Source of the DNA: a virus
Taxonomy: Duplodnaviria; Caudoviricetes
Length of the DNA: 57,205 nt
IMG/VR virus record: IMGVR_UViG_3300032309_001424
Location: 1 to 57,205 of that record
Direction: 5' to 3' (one strand)
The position numbers were made by a program, and so were the translations under genes. The notes below the pieces were generated by a model, which was not told the DNA's origin, did not search any database, and saw only the letters and a list, made by a program, of their open reading frames with translations. Positions 56,519-57,205 of this stretch are shown here, in pieces; position 1 is the stretch's first letter, and each line of letters opens with the position of its first letter.

Positions 56519-56905
56519 TTACTTTTTAAACGGAACTTTTCCGAGTAGACCGTTACCGTTAACTGGTCCAATAATTTTTTTCATACAACCGTCTGTATAC
56601 CAATATCCGGGTCTATTTGGAACTGGGACTAAAGCCTGAGTGCACGTTTCAATTGACGGCTTAGGTGGCTTAGGTGGCTTAGATGGTTTAGGTGGCTTAG
56701 ATGGTGTTGATGGTTTTGGGCAAAACTCTGGGCACTTGTCTACTACAAGAACAGGCCATGTAGGTCCTTGAATACCTGGAGGACAGAACTCTGGACACTT
56801 ATCAACTACCAGAACAGGGTTTTTAACTTCCTCAGCATGTGCAGATATTGGAAGTAATCCAGCTACCATGGTAGCTACAATTAAAACTTTTTTTACGGTA
56901 TTCAT
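56519..56905 (-). CDS. Secreted Cys/Pro-rich small protein
   Basis: Signal peptide ending AHA|EE; PVLVVDKCPEFCP twice; P(S/P)KP repeats. Confidence 0.65.
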   Translation of the reverse strand: MNTVKKVLIVATMVAGLLPISAHAEEVKNPVLVVDKCPEFCPPGIQGPTWPVLVVDKCPEFCPKPSTPSKPPKPSKPPKPPKPSIETCTQALVPVPNRPGYWYTDGCMKKIIGPVNGNGLLGKVPFKK

Positions 56906-57205
56906 TACTTGTTTGGTCTCCTAGAAGTTCTTCTTGGTTTATCACTGCTACCAGTTGGACCAGCAGGTCCACCAGCTCCACCGCCGCCACTAGGTGATCC
57001 AGTACCACCTGTAGCTGTTCCTGCTACTGCTACAGCAGCTGCCACTGCTTGTCCTACAACAACTGTAGCCAGAACCATCTTCTCTGCTTCTTCACGTTCT
57101 TCTTCAGACATATCTGCACCAAGACTTGTTAGTGCAAGTAGCGCCTGTGCAGGGTCATTAAATAGTGCATCTACCAATGCACCTGGATCAGAGACTAATT
57201 CTAGC
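56905..57205 (-). CDS. C-terminal part of a larger membrane-associated protein (5' truncated by the window edge)
   Basis: Frame stays open to the window end; GADMSEEEREEAEKMVLATVVV followed by a hydrophobic, Gly-rich tail. Confidence 0.65.
   Translation of the reverse strand, partial: LELVSDPGALVDALFNDPAQALLALTSLGADMSEEEREEAEKMVLATVVVGQAVAAAVAVAGTATGGTGSPSGGGGAGGPAGPTGSSDKPRRTSRRPNK

Overview
This 57 kb window is part of a tailed dsDNA phage genome (siphovirus-like, fairly AT-rich). The host is probably a low-GC actinobacterium, inferred from a WhiB gene and actinophage-style tail and head-tail genes. On the + strand, 1-14.4 kb encodes the tail tube, head-tail joining proteins, tail assembly chaperones, tape measure, distal tail/hub and tail fibre. 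14.8-24.6 kb (+) is a replication/recombination block (PolA, RuvC-like, SNF2 helicase, PD-(D/E)XK exonuclease, Sak4-like ATPase, SSB) followed by a GT-B glycosyltransferase-like gene, DUF6378 and WhiB. On the - strand, 24.6-48.9 kb holds five Gly-X-Thr collagen-like proteins, two giant repeat proteins with ALK/LTK-like glycine-rich domains, a beta-propeller and a LamG-like protein. This block ends in a SAM methyltransferase and a GT2-TPR glycosyltransferase. After it come a metallophosphoesterase cassette, prim-pol/D5 helicase, thermonuclease and large terminase. The best candidate for a novel system is a phage-encoded glycosylated, O-methylated collagen fibre coat, analogous to spore BclA loci. 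Other notable items are a candidate DNA glycosyltransferase, nested domain architectures and an apparently split giant virion gene. All calls come from motif recognition by eye, with no database searches. I saw no tRNA, CRISPR array, integrase or reverse transcriptase.
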